Below, in pieces: positions 38,744-48,272 of a stretch of DNA of 64,000 bases. The stretch is from positions 27,435 through 91,434 of the IMG/VR virus record IMGVR_UViG_3300018005_000012; one strand, 5' to 3'. Position 1 is the first letter of the stretch. Each line of letters opens with the position of its first letter. Origin of the DNA: a virus. Made by a program: the position numbers and the translations under genes. The notes beneath the pieces are model-generated. The model saw only the letters and a program-made list of their open reading frames with translations. It had not been told where the DNA came from and searched no databases.

Positions 38744-39037
38744 ATGGCCGAACCCCAACCGAAGACGAGGCATCGTGAGCCGCAACATCGGACACTATTC
38801 GTCCCTATAGAAGACCTCAACCTGAATACACCAGAAGGGCAGGATGAGTTGTTGAAACGGATGCAGACGCTTCTTGCCACTCACGACCACAATGGCCTAG
38901 ACTTGAATGCCTTCAAGATTCTGCAAGCCACCGTAAAGACCAAGACCGACCTGAACGTGCTAAGACTCTTTACCGAGATGAAGAAAGAAATGGACGCATG
39001 GAAGGCCCGTCAAGAAGCAAATGAGAAGAATCCTTAA
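38744..39037 (+). CDS. hypothetical protein
   Basis: 97-aa ORF in operon with the preceding gene. Confidence 0.55.
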   Translation: MAEPQPKTRHREPQHRTLFVPIEDLNLNTPEGQDELLKRMQTLLATHDHNGLDLNAFKILQATVKTKTDLNVLRLFTEMKKEMDAWKARQEANEKNP

Positions 39038-39064
39038 ATACTTAGCCACTATAGGTATGCCGTC

Positions 39065-39175
39065 ATGAAGGGAGAAAGAGAGGAAAGACGATACTACTTC
39101 TGGAGAACGATAACAGGGACGATTTCAGCAGTGGGCACGATACTCGTTCTCTTGAAGGTCTTTGGAATAATCTAG
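39065..39175 (+). CDS. 36-aa single-TM micropeptide
   Basis: CTTAAATAC promoter; MKGEREERRYYFWRTITGTISAVGTILVLLKVFGII. Confidence 0.55.
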   Translation: MKGEREERRYYFWRTITGTISAVGTILVLLKVFGII

Positions 39176-39663
39176 GCTTCCGTCATGAAGGGCACGCCTG
39201 ACTCATCCTTCGGCTCTTCGAGGTCATACTCTTCTGAAGTCTCGTCAGCCGGATTCCCCTTATGCTTCTCGCTCTCGTAAGTGGAGCCTAACTCGCTCTG
39301 AGTCTCTGGAGTCGTAATCATCGCATCGCCATCTGGCGTGGTGATGTAACCGCCATACTCAGTCTCGACCACCAATCCTTGGTCTATCAGACTCTTCACG
39401 ACTGGCTTGACCTTTGGCGTTCCTTCCTTCACAGCATCCATTATTGCGTCATGGAGTTCAGAATCCTTCTCCTGAATCTCAAAGGCGATGTCGGCCATGC
39501 TTGCTGGCCCACCATACTCTTCTTTGTAGTGGGCAATCTGAAAGAGCACTTCGGCTTCGAGGTCTAAGTCATCTCCACCTTCCAAGCCCGTCTCTGGAGC
39601 CATCTCCGGTTCCTTTGGCTTCTCCACAGGCTCTTCAACTGGTTCTGCGTTTACCTCTGCCAT
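39172..39663 (-). CDS. acidic winged-helix protein
   Basis: SMADIA...SLIDQGLV..YITTPDG wHTH pattern. Confidence 0.6.
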   Translation of the reverse strand: MAEVNAEPVEEPVEKPKEPEMAPETGLEGGDDLDLEAEVLFQIAHYKEEYGGPASMADIAFEIQEKDSELHDAIMDAVKEGTPKVKPVVKSLIDQGLVVETEYGGYITTPDGDAMITTPETQSELGSTYESEKHKGNPADETSEEYDLEEPKDESGVPFMTEA

Positions 39664-39714
39664 AGGATAGGAGTAGTCAAGGTTATATATTAGGCTTGCG
39701 TTTACAGTAGTAGG

Positions 39715-40188
39715 ATGAGCACTAACACTCCGGTTCCCTACTGTAACACTCAGGACATCGTAAAGCAGTTGGGCTTACAACAGTCCACCACTGACCCTAG
39801 CAAGTATATGGTCTGGCAGATTCCGACCAGCACCGACATCATCAACACCTTCGTAAAGCAGGCCAACGAACAGACCACTTCACTCTTTGGAGACCTCACT
39901 CAATCTTATTCATACGGACTCGCCAAGCAGTATGCGACATGGAGAGCCGTTCTCAATCTAATTGAAACGATGACCGTGAACTGGGTGATTGCTGGTATGC
40001 CTGTAACAGTAGGCGACATCAGTTTCAGTCGTCTCGGAGCCATGCAAGCGGCAACCGTTGAACTTAAGGAGAACGCAATCAGAGAGTTGGCGAGACTCTA
40101 CATCATGTTGTCCGAGTTCAGTTTCCCCAACAACTACCATAGCCCAAGCCCGTTTGTGGATACGGGAGGTCAGATGTTCTTCTCTTAG
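39715..40188 (+). CDS. head-tail adaptor (gp15/gp6-like)
   Basis: PYCNTQDI, helical core, TVGDISFS; first of three neck genes. Confidence 0.6.
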   Translation: MSTNTPVPYCNTQDIVKQLGLQQSTTDPSKYMVWQIPTSTDIINTFVKQANEQTTSLFGDLTQSYSYGLAKQYATWRAVLNLIETMTVNWVIAGMPVTVGDISFSRLGAMQAATVELKENAIRELARLYIMLSEFSFPNNYHSPSPFVDTGGQMFFS

Positions 40189-40197
40189 GTGGTATAG

Positions 40198-41577
40198 TTG
40201 ACCAATTACACGGTTGCGGCCTTTGACGGAACACCCGGCACTAATGCGACTACTGTAGACTCTTACACAATTGGAAACACATCCTTCACCCTCCAATTCC
40301 TAATACGCAGACCTGTTGCCCCGGCTAGTGATGTTCCGTGGAAGTTCCTTACTACGCTTGGATATATGTGGCTCCAAGAAATTGGTAGTGGTTTTGCCAA
40401 CATAAAAGAGATACGTTGGGATACTCATGATTCTTCATTTGGCAACTTAGCCGCCTCTAATGACCATTGGATATTCTATTCCTATGCCTATGATATGGTT
40501 GCACACACAGTAACTCTACTAATGTCAGATGTCACAGATGTAGGTAATTCAAATAACATAGATGTGACAGCATATTCAGTTTTGAACTCAGTTCCAGCCG
40601 CACCCTTTGGCCCTTTCTCTTCTGGCACTAACCCCTTCAACTTGGGAGACAATGGGTTTAATTTTGCGGGAAGAATATTTGGTGGAGCGGCCTACAATAC
40701 GACCCATGCAATTGATGATACTACCGCAAAGACCGACATTATGAAAATAGTCAATAGCACTGTTTCAGCCGACAGCATCTATCTGTTTAACGGAGAAGGC
40801 GGCCAGATAGAGGAGTATAAAACGGGACACAACCTCAGTCCGGTAGGCGGAATAACCTTCCCAATAATTACTCTTACCCCACCCCCTACTTTAGTCACAA
40901 TTACAGATAGTGCAACTGCAACCGATTCTGTCTCCACTCTCATAAGTGGAATTAGTATAACAGACTTCGCTCTTGCAACTGATAGTGTGATTAGTTACAA
41001 ACCTACGATTATCACAGACTTTGCCTATGCCGAAGACAACATCTCAATTAACAGAGGCACAACCGTAATCTGTGGAACACCCTCTGGAGCCATTCCTCTA
41101 ACACCAATGGAGAAAGACTACATCAACCTCAGTTACCAGCAGATAATAGACATGAGTGGACTTCCCATTACCTACAGGATTGCGACAATAGTTGGCGAAG
41201 ACGCATACGAGCATCCCATCATCACCTACACCGACAAAACCATCGTAGCCTTCGTCACCATCCTCAGAAACGATGAGTATGAGTATGTTGAGCCGGGATT
41301 CCTGCCCAATCACTACGCCAGTATGTGGGTCTACTGCGTGACTCCACAAGTGGGAGACCATGTAGTATGGCAAGGGATTGAGTGGGAAGTAAGGAACTCC
41401 ATACCTAAGGTGATAGGTGGCGATACCGTCTACTATCAAACCATCCTCAGAAGGGTGCTTGCTCGTCTACCACTTACAGGAGAGCCGGGAGATGGAACTA
41501 ACTTAGGCGATACAACAGGGACAGGCGGAACCCTTATATCCGGTGGCGTTCAATATCCACCCGAAGGCGACCCATAA
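40198..41577 (+). CDS. head closure (stopper)-like protein with an N-terminal lectin-like domain
   Basis: C-terminal PQVGDHVVWQGIEWEV...YYQTILRR; ITDxAxAxD repeats; beta-sandwich N-terminus. Confidence 0.55.
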   Translation: MTNYTVAAFDGTPGTNATTVDSYTIGNTSFTLQFLIRRPVAPASDVPWKFLTTLGYMWLQEIGSGFANIKEIRWDTHDSSFGNLAASNDHWIFYSYAYDMVAHTVTLLMSDVTDVGNSNNIDVTAYSVLNSVPAAPFGPFSSGTNPFNLGDNGFNFAGRIFGGAAYNTTHAIDDTTAKTDIMKIVNSTVSADSIYLFNGEGGQIEEYKTGHNLSPVGGITFPIITLTPPPTLVTITDSATATDSVSTLISGISITDFALATDSVISYKPTIITDFAYAEDNISINRGTTVICGTPSGAIPLTPMEKDYINLSYQQIIDMSGLPITYRIATIVGEDAYEHPIITYTDKTIVAFVTILRNDEYEYVEPGFLPNHYASMWVYCVTPQVGDHVVWQGIEWEVRNSIPKVIGGDTVYYQTILRRVLARLPLTGEPGDGTNLGDTTGTGGTLISGGVQYPPEGDP

Positions 41578-42038
41578 TGGTGCTAATCTCTCAACCGCCA
41601 ACCGGGATAGACCCTATCCTCTTTCTACAGAACTTACTAGAAGGTTTCGTCTTTGACGAGAAGGGAAACGTTGTGCCCTTAGGAACCGTCTTTCCAAAGT
41701 CCATAAACAAACTGCCAAGAGTGATTGTCAACCAAAAGACAGAAGAGATGAAGTTCATCAGTATCCCTGCTCTCAGACGTAGGTGGACTACGCCCTTCAC
41801 CCTCGAATGTTGGGCCTTGAGCGTGGAGCAGAGATACGCCATAAAGCAAAGTCTTATGGCCAGATTGGATACACTTACTGGCAACCCCGGAGTGCAACTT
41901 GCAGATAACTACGTCTATATGTGGTTCAAGATTCATGAGCCAAAAGACCAGCCGAGCAGATTTGGACAGCCCGTATTCACGATAGGTTTCGAGGTTACTC
42001 TGGTTTACGATACCCTAACCGGAAGTGTGCCCCCATGA
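41577..42038 (+). CDS. tail terminator/completion-like protein
   Basis: LPRVIV, FTLECWA; position after the stopper. Confidence 0.55.
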   Translation: MVLISQPPTGIDPILFLQNLLEGFVFDEKGNVVPLGTVFPKSINKLPRVIVNQKTEEMKFISIPALRRRWTTPFTLECWALSVEQRYAIKQSLMARLDTLTGNPGVQLADNYVYMWFKIHEPKDQPSRFGQPVFTIGFEVTLVYDTLTGSVPP

Positions 42039-42166
42039 TAACAAGAGAGCAAGTTCCAATAGTCAATACAGGTGCTCTGTTTATTCCATCCTAACATCCT
42101 CTACAGAGAGGAGTGCTTTGGCCAATTAGCACAATCTTTATATGTTAGCAAAGGATATACCAACAT

Positions 42167-42694
42167 ATGTCTCGTTGTCGTGTCTGCAAAATTGAACTTA
42201 CGTCAGAGAACTGGTTTCTCTCGAAACAAAAGGCTCATTCCTACATCTGTAAATCGTGCCATAATACCTACAATCGAAAGAACGTGGCAAAACACTTACC
42301 AGAAATCAAAGCAAAAAAGAAACGTTACCGAGAACAAAATAGAGAGAGAATAAGAGAAGGTTGGATAGAGTGGTTCAGAAAACTAAAATACAAGGCCCTA
42401 TGTTTTGTTTCTGGCACAGACCCGCCTCAGTGTGCTAATCCTTATGGTATGCACGAGCCTAATTGTCCTCTTCTAACCGCTATAGAGAGTCTTTCAATAG
42501 ATTATATTGCTGGTGGTCATAAGAGAAAGAACCTTCCTTTCAGTGCACCACTCTATTCTAAAATTCTAAAGGAAAAGAAATTTGGAGAATGGCAAGTCTT
42601 GTGTATGTGCTGTCAATTCATCAAACGATACAAAAATCACGAAATACCAAGTCATGTTGTTAGTTCAACAGAGTTGACCGCTAACAACGCATGA
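42167..42694 (+). CDS. HNH-type homing endonuclease, probably inactive (IDH changed to IDY)
   Basis: Paralog of 28009 and 30321; SIDYIAGG, WQVLCMCCQ. Confidence 0.72.
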   Translation: MSRCRVCKIELTSENWFLSKQKAHSYICKSCHNTYNRKNVAKHLPEIKAKKKRYREQNRERIREGWIEWFRKLKYKALCFVSGTDPPQCANPYGMHEPNCPLLTAIESLSIDYIAGGHKRKNLPFSAPLYSKILKEKKFGEWQVLCMCCQFIKRYKNHEIPSHVVSSTELTANNA

Positions 42695-42960
42695 GCCAAC
42701 TCATCAAAGTAGGGGCTGTTCACCAACCCACCCACCAAAGAATACTTCTCGGCCAACTCGCCCACAAGCGTTACAACGTCCTCATCGTCCACCACTTCCG
42801 ACCCACAGTAGATGGCCATCGGAGCCTTAGTCTCCTTACAAAAGACGAAGTTGTAGTCAAGAACTCTTGCAATGTGCTTAGTGTGCTTACAATCCTCGTG
42901 GTTCCCTTCAAATAGCAAAACATAATGACCATCACTCGCCTTGGCCCCAGATAGCCTCAT
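42652..42960 (-). CDS. hypothetical protein
   Basis: Own TTTAAATA promoter. Confidence 0.55.
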   Translation of the reverse strand: MRLSGAKASDGHYVLLFEGNHEDCKHTKHIARVLDYNFVFCKETKAPMAIYCGSEVVDDEDVVTLVGELAEKYSLVGGLVNSPYFDELAHALLAVNSVELTT

Positions 42961-43031
42961 AAGGGATATACGGTATACACCTTATTTAAACATTCGCAAC
43001 ACAACCTTTAATAAGGGTGCGGAGAAGGGGT

Positions 43032-43370
43032 ATGTTCATGTATAACGCAGAAATCAACCGAGAATGGGGCACTGAGGTCTATCCGTTAATCCTCACGCCA
43101 ACGATGAAGGAACTGCAACTCAGCAAAGGGACTGTTTGGAAGAACACAGTAGACAAGAAGGGCAAAGTCATAAGTGATATGGCAGACCGCCTCACTAGAA
43201 AGACAGGCATCAAACCGAAGGGCACTCACTTCAAGATGGACGTAGGCCAAAGGAAGGTAGGGCTGAACGAGTTGCTGGTCATCCACGCCAAAGAGGACGG
43301 CCTGAACGACTTTACTAAGAGAGTCGAACTGATGGCTATCCCCATGAAGAGCGTAAGGAACCGGAAGTAG
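43032..43370 (+). CDS. hypothetical basic protein
   Basis: TATA box upstream, divergent from 42960. Confidence 0.55.
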   Translation: MFMYNAEINREWGTEVYPLILTPTMKELQLSKGTVWKNTVDKKGKVISDMADRLTRKTGIKPKGTHFKMDVGQRKVGLNELLVIHAKEDGLNDFTKRVELMAIPMKSVRNRK

Positions 43371-43410
43371 GAACACCTTTAAATAGTCCAATCTCCCTTA
43401 TTTACTTGAG

Positions 43411-44310
43411 ATGCCATTCGCTGATTACAAGGACTTTAAGGACTGTGTGGCGAAGAATAAAGATAAAGACTCGCCTGACGCTTACTGCGGTTACATCAAA
43501 CATCAAGTTGAAGGCGGAAAAAAGAAAGAGGAAGTTTGTGTTGAATGCGAAGAGCATGAGGCTTACCACCTTGAGGAAGAGGTCAAGAGGATGGAAGAGG
43601 CAATGCCCTATCCGTGTGAGTATTGCTCACTGAAGTTCCCAAGTTACGAGGCTCGTGCCGAGCACATGGGTATTGACCATCCAGACAAGTTCCCACATCA
43701 AGAAGAGGCCAATGCTGAAGAAATCAACAGACTACGCTTCCTGAATCAGAAGGAAGTGGACTACGGCCTGCCGCCAGATGAGACGGCTGAACGAGATGGC
43801 CTTATGAAGAAACTCTATCCCAACGTTGGAAAGGAAGGGCCAGCCGCATTGGGAGAAGAAGGGAGAAAAGAGCCACACACAATGTGGAACCGTGGGCGAC
43901 TTCCGAGGGGAGCAGAACACACTTTGGAAAAAGTAGGTGGGCCAGAAGCGTTGGGTGCACCTGAAAGTGAGTTGGAAAAGGCCAAAGCCGAGTTCCTAGA
44001 TACTCTCACAGCAACGGTTGACCTAATGACAGTAATGGCAAAAGACACTGGCTATATGAGCGTCTCTGAGAAGGTAAGCCCTACCAAACCAACCTATATG
44101 TATGAGGTCAAGCAACCGATGGCCGATGTCTTTGTAAAGCAGGCAGGTGGCTTAGAAGTGAAAGTCAACTGGTTCAACGAGAGTATGGCCGAACTTCAGG
44201 ACATCGTAAAGAGTGCCAACAAGTTCTTCACTGATGCTGGTTGGAACTCCAAAGAGGTAGTAAGGGAGTATGAGAAGCACAAGAAGAAGTGGGGCAAGGA
44301 CTGGGATTAA
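43411..44310 (+). CDS. acidic multi-module Zn-finger protein
   Basis: MPFADYKDFKDCV..AYCG, CVEC, CEYC..H..H; CACCTTTAAATAGT promoter. Confidence 0.7.
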   Translation: MPFADYKDFKDCVAKNKDKDSPDAYCGYIKHQVEGGKKKEEVCVECEEHEAYHLEEEVKRMEEAMPYPCEYCSLKFPSYEARAEHMGIDHPDKFPHQEEANAEEINRLRFLNQKEVDYGLPPDETAERDGLMKKLYPNVGKEGPAALGEEGRKEPHTMWNRGRLPRGAEHTLEKVGGPEALGAPESELEKAKAEFLDTLTATVDLMTVMAKDTGYMSVSEKVSPTKPTYMYEVKQPMADVFVKQAGGLEVKVNWFNESMAELQDIVKSANKFFTDAGWNSKEVVREYEKHKKKWGKDWD

Positions 44311-44532
44311 ATGATAACCGCATCTTCGTCTACTGTGTATGTGCCATTACCACCTTGCCGAGTCTGTAGTGGAACGGGAATAGTCTATGGCTTGGATGGA
44401 AGACCCTATCTCTGCCCAAAGTGCAATGGTGAAGGAACACCTATGCCTACTTATCCAACACCAATCTATTGGTGTCAACCACCGTATGAGATTGGAGACC
44501 CCATAGGCCAAGAGCCGATTACCGTCTGCTGA
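44311..44532 (+). CDS. DnaJ-type Zn-finger microprotein
   Basis: CRVCSGTG...CPKCNGEG. Confidence 0.6.
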   Translation: MITASSSTVYVPLPPCRVCSGTGIVYGLDGRPYLCPKCNGEGTPMPTYPTPIYWCQPPYEIGDPIGQEPITVC

Positions 44533-44569
44533 AGTCCTTATATAGTTCCTCTACCTTAATTCTACTTGT

Positions 44570-47143
44570 ATGTCTAAGGATGAGGCTTACGGTAAGACGA
44601 CTCCATATGCCACCTGTCCTATCTGTAGTGATATAATGCTAACTGAAGAGTATGACGACCACATGATACACAGTCACAACCAAGAACAACGAGACACGCT
44701 CACCAGACAAAAAAAAGATGAAGGGCCACAAGGCCATTTCTATGGCGATGTCTGGTGGAAGTATGAAGCAGACCCAGAACTAGACCAAATCAATCCAGAC
44801 TATTGGGACATTATCTCCAACGAAGCATGGGAAGGAGAGGGATGTGAGATATGTCGGGAGATAGTCCAAAACGTAGAGCAAATGGATGGAAAGTATTTCA
44901 TCTATGCGACCCCAGAACAAGAGCAACACATGACCGAGATGTTTGGTGTTGCACCCGGCCCAGAAGAGGCGACATCGGGTTATCTCGACCCTTCAGACCC
45001 CAAATGGACACAGGGAACAGTTCCACACATCCAAGAGTGGCATCAGAAACATCCCGGTGGCAAAGGTGGAGGAACGTTTGGGCCACAGTCAGGAATGACA
45101 AGAGGAGAGCCTACTCGTGACGAATGGAGTCCCGGTTCCTACCTTGATGAACTTGGTATACCTTGGACTCATAAAAAGAAGTTGAGCGAAATAGACCATG
45201 CTGAAACAAGTGAACACTCCACAATAAGAGAGGGGGAACCGGGTCATCCACTGATTGAGTATGACATCTTTCTAGAAGATGGTAGTTACATTGCCATTGA
45301 AACTTCTCCCGGTTGGCATAAAGGTGGGCCAAGTGAAGGTAGTTTTCCAAGGGTCACTTTCGATGACGAATACAAAGCCGAATTTGCCAAGAAAAATGGT
45401 ATTGACTTTATCACAGTTGACCCCAAACAGGACAATGTAAAATTCATCAATAGGGAATTGGTTCCCCGACTACAATCGTTAGGGTATGATGCTGAAGAAG
45501 TAGGTGCAGGAGAGTTGACAGGAGACATACCGATTCCACCTGTAAAGGGCGAAGAGAAGGAAAGACTGATATGGTGTGGCGATTGTGGTAGCCTCTTCGA
45601 GACCAAGCCAGAATTGACCAAGCACTTCCAACAGACCGGACACAGTTCTGTAGGCGAAGGAACGGCAGAGAAAGTAGAAGACAAAGGAGACTACTTCGAT
45701 AAAGAGATTTACTTGGACAATGGCTATGGCTTCAACTTCACCACAACCATTAGTTATCCAATAGACCCTGCTCTTCCTATGCTGATTGATAGTAAGACCA
45801 AAGAAGAATTGGAGAAAGAGAGAGATGAACTCATAAAAACAATAACAATGGCCATAAATAGAGCCGTTGCAGAAGACCCTCAAGAATTAACAGATGAGGA
45901 TATAGAGGAGATTGTAAACTATATGACTGCCTACGATAGAGTTCTCCCTAAGAATCTACAAATGATTGCAGACGAACTTACCGTTGCAAGAGACAGTGTT
46001 GTGGCCAATAATGCTAATGCAGTTGTAGAGATAGAGATGCTTTTACAGGCTCTAAATGATGCTGAAGGCGTTGCACCTGAAGACATGGGAGTGGAACTAG
46101 AAGACTTGGAAGACATACCTGATGTAGAAAAGGTAGAAGAGTTTGAGAAGGGCAACCCCTTCAACCAGCAATATATCTACCGAGAAAAGGCAGGATACGA
46201 TTGGGATTACAACGTGAAGTATAGAGAGAAGCCCATCCTTGAAGAGCAAATTGATGTTCCAGAAGGCGTAGTTCCACCCGAAGGATATGCAAGACAAACC
46301 GATGAAGAAACAGCCTACAGTATTGTAGAGCACTTGAAGGAAGGGCCAGAGGCTTTTGATTCGTGGAAAGAGTTCGTAGAACACTTCCAATATTTGGCAG
46401 ACATCAACTATCTCTCTCTTCTACAACCCCCTATTGTGTCTGAAGAGTTCTACCAAACCTACAAGCCTCTCATAGATGGGGCAAGCAGACAGATGACTAG
46501 ATACCCTGACCTTAAAGAGCAGTCTGGAATCAATCAGAACATTCCCACTGGCAAATATACCACTGTAGAACCTCTAGCCCTAGACCAGTCCCAGAACGTG
46601 CCCAGATACCCAGAGCGTGGGAAGGTCAACACCATAGAACAGGAAAGTGGTGGAGAAGAGTTGGCGGCTGACAGCCACCTGTTCCAAGAACAGGAAGAGG
46701 GCGGAGTTTACCTAGCCTGTCCGAAATGCACTGGCAGTGGTGGTCTCTACGATAAGAGAAATGATAGATGGATTCCCTGTCCAGTGTGCGGTGGGACGGG
46801 CCACGGAGAGAAGCAGTTCGATTGGCCAGAGGATGTGAGAGATGTGAAGAGCGAAGGACGATGGGACAGGCCACAAATTCCCGACCCTAAGAGAGCAAAA
46901 CAATTGGAAGACTGTCAGAAGATAGTAAACGAAGTAACGGATGCTATCACAAAAGCAATTGAAGAAGGCGAACTTACCTCAATGGAAAGCGATACGATGA
47001 TTAACTACTTGGCCGAAATCCAAGACGCACTTGCAAGGGAGAACATTGAAGAAGCAGCCTCTATCATACGCAAGATGACAGAACTTGTAGATAGAAAGAC
47101 TGCAACTATGTCTGAACCCCAAGCCGAGTTAGGAGAGCCGTAA
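44570..47143 (+). CDS. large acidic multi-module protein with Zn fingers and a Vsr/DUF559-like nuclease domain
   Basis: C2H2 and CxxCxGxG fingers; YDIFL..IAIE...WH...DEYKAEFAKKNGI; ends ATMSEPQ.. Confidence 0.65.
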   Translation: MSKDEAYGKTTPYATCPICSDIMLTEEYDDHMIHSHNQEQRDTLTRQKKDEGPQGHFYGDVWWKYEADPELDQINPDYWDIISNEAWEGEGCEICREIVQNVEQMDGKYFIYATPEQEQHMTEMFGVAPGPEEATSGYLDPSDPKWTQGTVPHIQEWHQKHPGGKGGGTFGPQSGMTRGEPTRDEWSPGSYLDELGIPWTHKKKLSEIDHAETSEHSTIREGEPGHPLIEYDIFLEDGSYIAIETSPGWHKGGPSEGSFPRVTFDDEYKAEFAKKNGIDFITVDPKQDNVKFINRELVPRLQSLGYDAEEVGAGELTGDIPIPPVKGEEKERLIWCGDCGSLFETKPELTKHFQQTGHSSVGEGTAEKVEDKGDYFDKEIYLDNGYGFNFTTTISYPIDPALPMLIDSKTKEELEKERDELIKTITMAINRAVAEDPQELTDEDIEEIVNYMTAYDRVLPKNLQMIADELTVARDSVVANNANAVVEIEMLLQALNDAEGVAPEDMGVELEDLEDIPDVEKVEEFEKGNPFNQQYIYREKAGYDWDYNVKYREKPILEEQIDVPEGVVPPEGYARQTDEETAYSIVEHLKEGPEAFDSWKEFVEHFQYLADINYLSLLQPPIVSEEFYQTYKPLIDGASRQMTRYPDLKEQSGINQNIPTGKYTTVEPLALDQSQNVPRYPERGKVNTIEQESGGEELAADSHLFQEQEEGGVYLACPKCTGSGGLYDKRNDRWIPCPVCGGTGHGEKQFDWPEDVRDVKSEGRWDRPQIPDPKRAKQLEDCQKIVNEVTDAITKAIEEGELTSMESDTMINYLAEIQDALARENIEEAASIIRKMTELVDRKTATMSEPQAELGEP

Positions 47144-47327
47144 CGTGGTAGCACTTTCCATTGAAAAAATGACCCTCACAATCACAACTACTTATCCTAT
47201 CAATCTTATTGTAGAAGACATTATGCCAAATGTTTGAGTATCGTTTAGAGGGAACCCTAGCAAAAATCAGGTCTCCTTCCTGAAGCACCTCTATCCTATC
47301 AAGAAGACTTTGGCTTACCGAGTCCAA
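47106..47327 (-). CDS. SWIM Zn-finger protein
   Basis: CDC.......CYH. Confidence 0.65.
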   Translation of the reverse strand: MDSVSQSLLDRIEVLQEGDLIFARVPSKRYSNIWHNVFYNKIDRISSCDCEGHFFNGKCYHVTALLTRLGVQT

Positions 47328-47550
47328 GACCCCTCAACCTCGCCTGCTTTTCTGCTTCAGTCTCAAAGGGCATGACGACTCCTTCCTCATATCTCATCCC
47401 CTCTTCAGCCGTCTGAGACTCTGAAGTGACTGGAGTAATTTCGCCAAGTCCGCCACCCGTCTCATAGACGATGCACTCTGGCCTCTGATGGTCGAGGTCG
47501 TCCTGCGTGGTCTTGATAGTGACATGGTGCGTCACACATACTTTCTCCAT
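47299..47550 (-). CDS. hypothetical protein
   Basis: Own TTTATATA promoter. Confidence 0.5.
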   Translation of the reverse strand: MEKVCVTHHVTIKTTQDDLDHQRPECIVYETGGGLGEITPVTSESQTAEEGMRYEEGVVMPFETEAEKQARLRGLGLGKPKSS

Positions 47551-47591
47551 ATCTATCGGAATGGTATGGTTGGGAGTGCTATATAAAGATT

Positions 47592-48272
47592 CTAAGAGTC
47601 CTCTTCCGGCTCCTCAATCTTCGTCTCGAAGTCCTCAATCTTGAGAGGCTTCTTGGTCGTGTAATCAATCATTTCTTCTTCTGGCTTTATCCATCCCTTC
47701 TCAAGTTGGATAGACCTAGCCAAGAGATAGAAGATGGTGGCAATGGCCTTTGCACCCGCATTGTTAGCCGGGATACAGAAGTCTACGTCCTCGAAGGTGG
47801 CGTTGGTGTTGCAGATGGCTATCACTGGAATGCCGACATCTCCAGCCTCCTTCATGGCCCTTCGGTCTCCCCTTATGGCTTCGCCTATCTTCTTTGGTAT
47901 GCCATTGGTCGGGTCAGAGACAATCAACACATTGGCATCAATGTAGTATTGGGATTGGGCATTCGTGAGACAACCGGGCATGAAGCGATGGAAGACGGTG
48001 GGTATGAGAGTGGCCCTCTTGAATGCCGTAAGAGCGTTCTCGAACCTCGCATCGGTGGCATAGAGCACAGCACTTTCGGACTTGACTATGAACTTGCCAG
48101 CCGAGTCCAGTCGAGTGAGGATGGCGTTCACATCCAAGATGGGATTGCCGCTTGGAGCATATTCGGTAACAAATTGGGTCATGTCTCTAGTCACTGCTCC
48201 TCTGATTCCCAAGTGTATTCCGGTGGCCTTTAGAGGCTCTTCTGTGAGGGTCTTGGGCAGGATGTGACTCAT
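47592..48272 (-). CDS. rps2: archaeal-type 30S ribosomal protein uS2 homolog
   Basis: TGIHLG, RFMPGCLTN, LIVSDP, AMKEA..VGIPVIAICNT, VDFCIPANN, IFYLLAR, IEDFETK. Confidence 0.92.
   Translation of the reverse strand: MSHILPKTLTEEPLKATGIHLGIRGAVTRDMTQFVTEYAPSGNPILDVNAILTRLDSAGKFIVKSESAVLYATDARFENALTAFKRATLIPTVFHRFMPGCLTNAQSQYYIDANVLIVSDPTNGIPKKIGEAIRGDRRAMKEAGDVGIPVIAICNTNATFEDVDFCIPANNAGAKAIATIFYLLARSIQLEKGWIKPEEEMIDYTTKKPLKIEDFETKIEEPEEDS

Noticed and set aside
39060-39192. 13-bp direct repeat CCGTCATGAAGGG around the 36-aa micropeptide
   Set aside because: The second copy lies inside the coding end of the opposite gene and no mobile-element features exist; may be chance
47592-48272. uS2 as evidence that the window is host chromosome
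   Set aside because: No other ribosomal or RNA polymerase genes nearby; it is ATGA-coupled to viral genes and flanked by viral-type promoters
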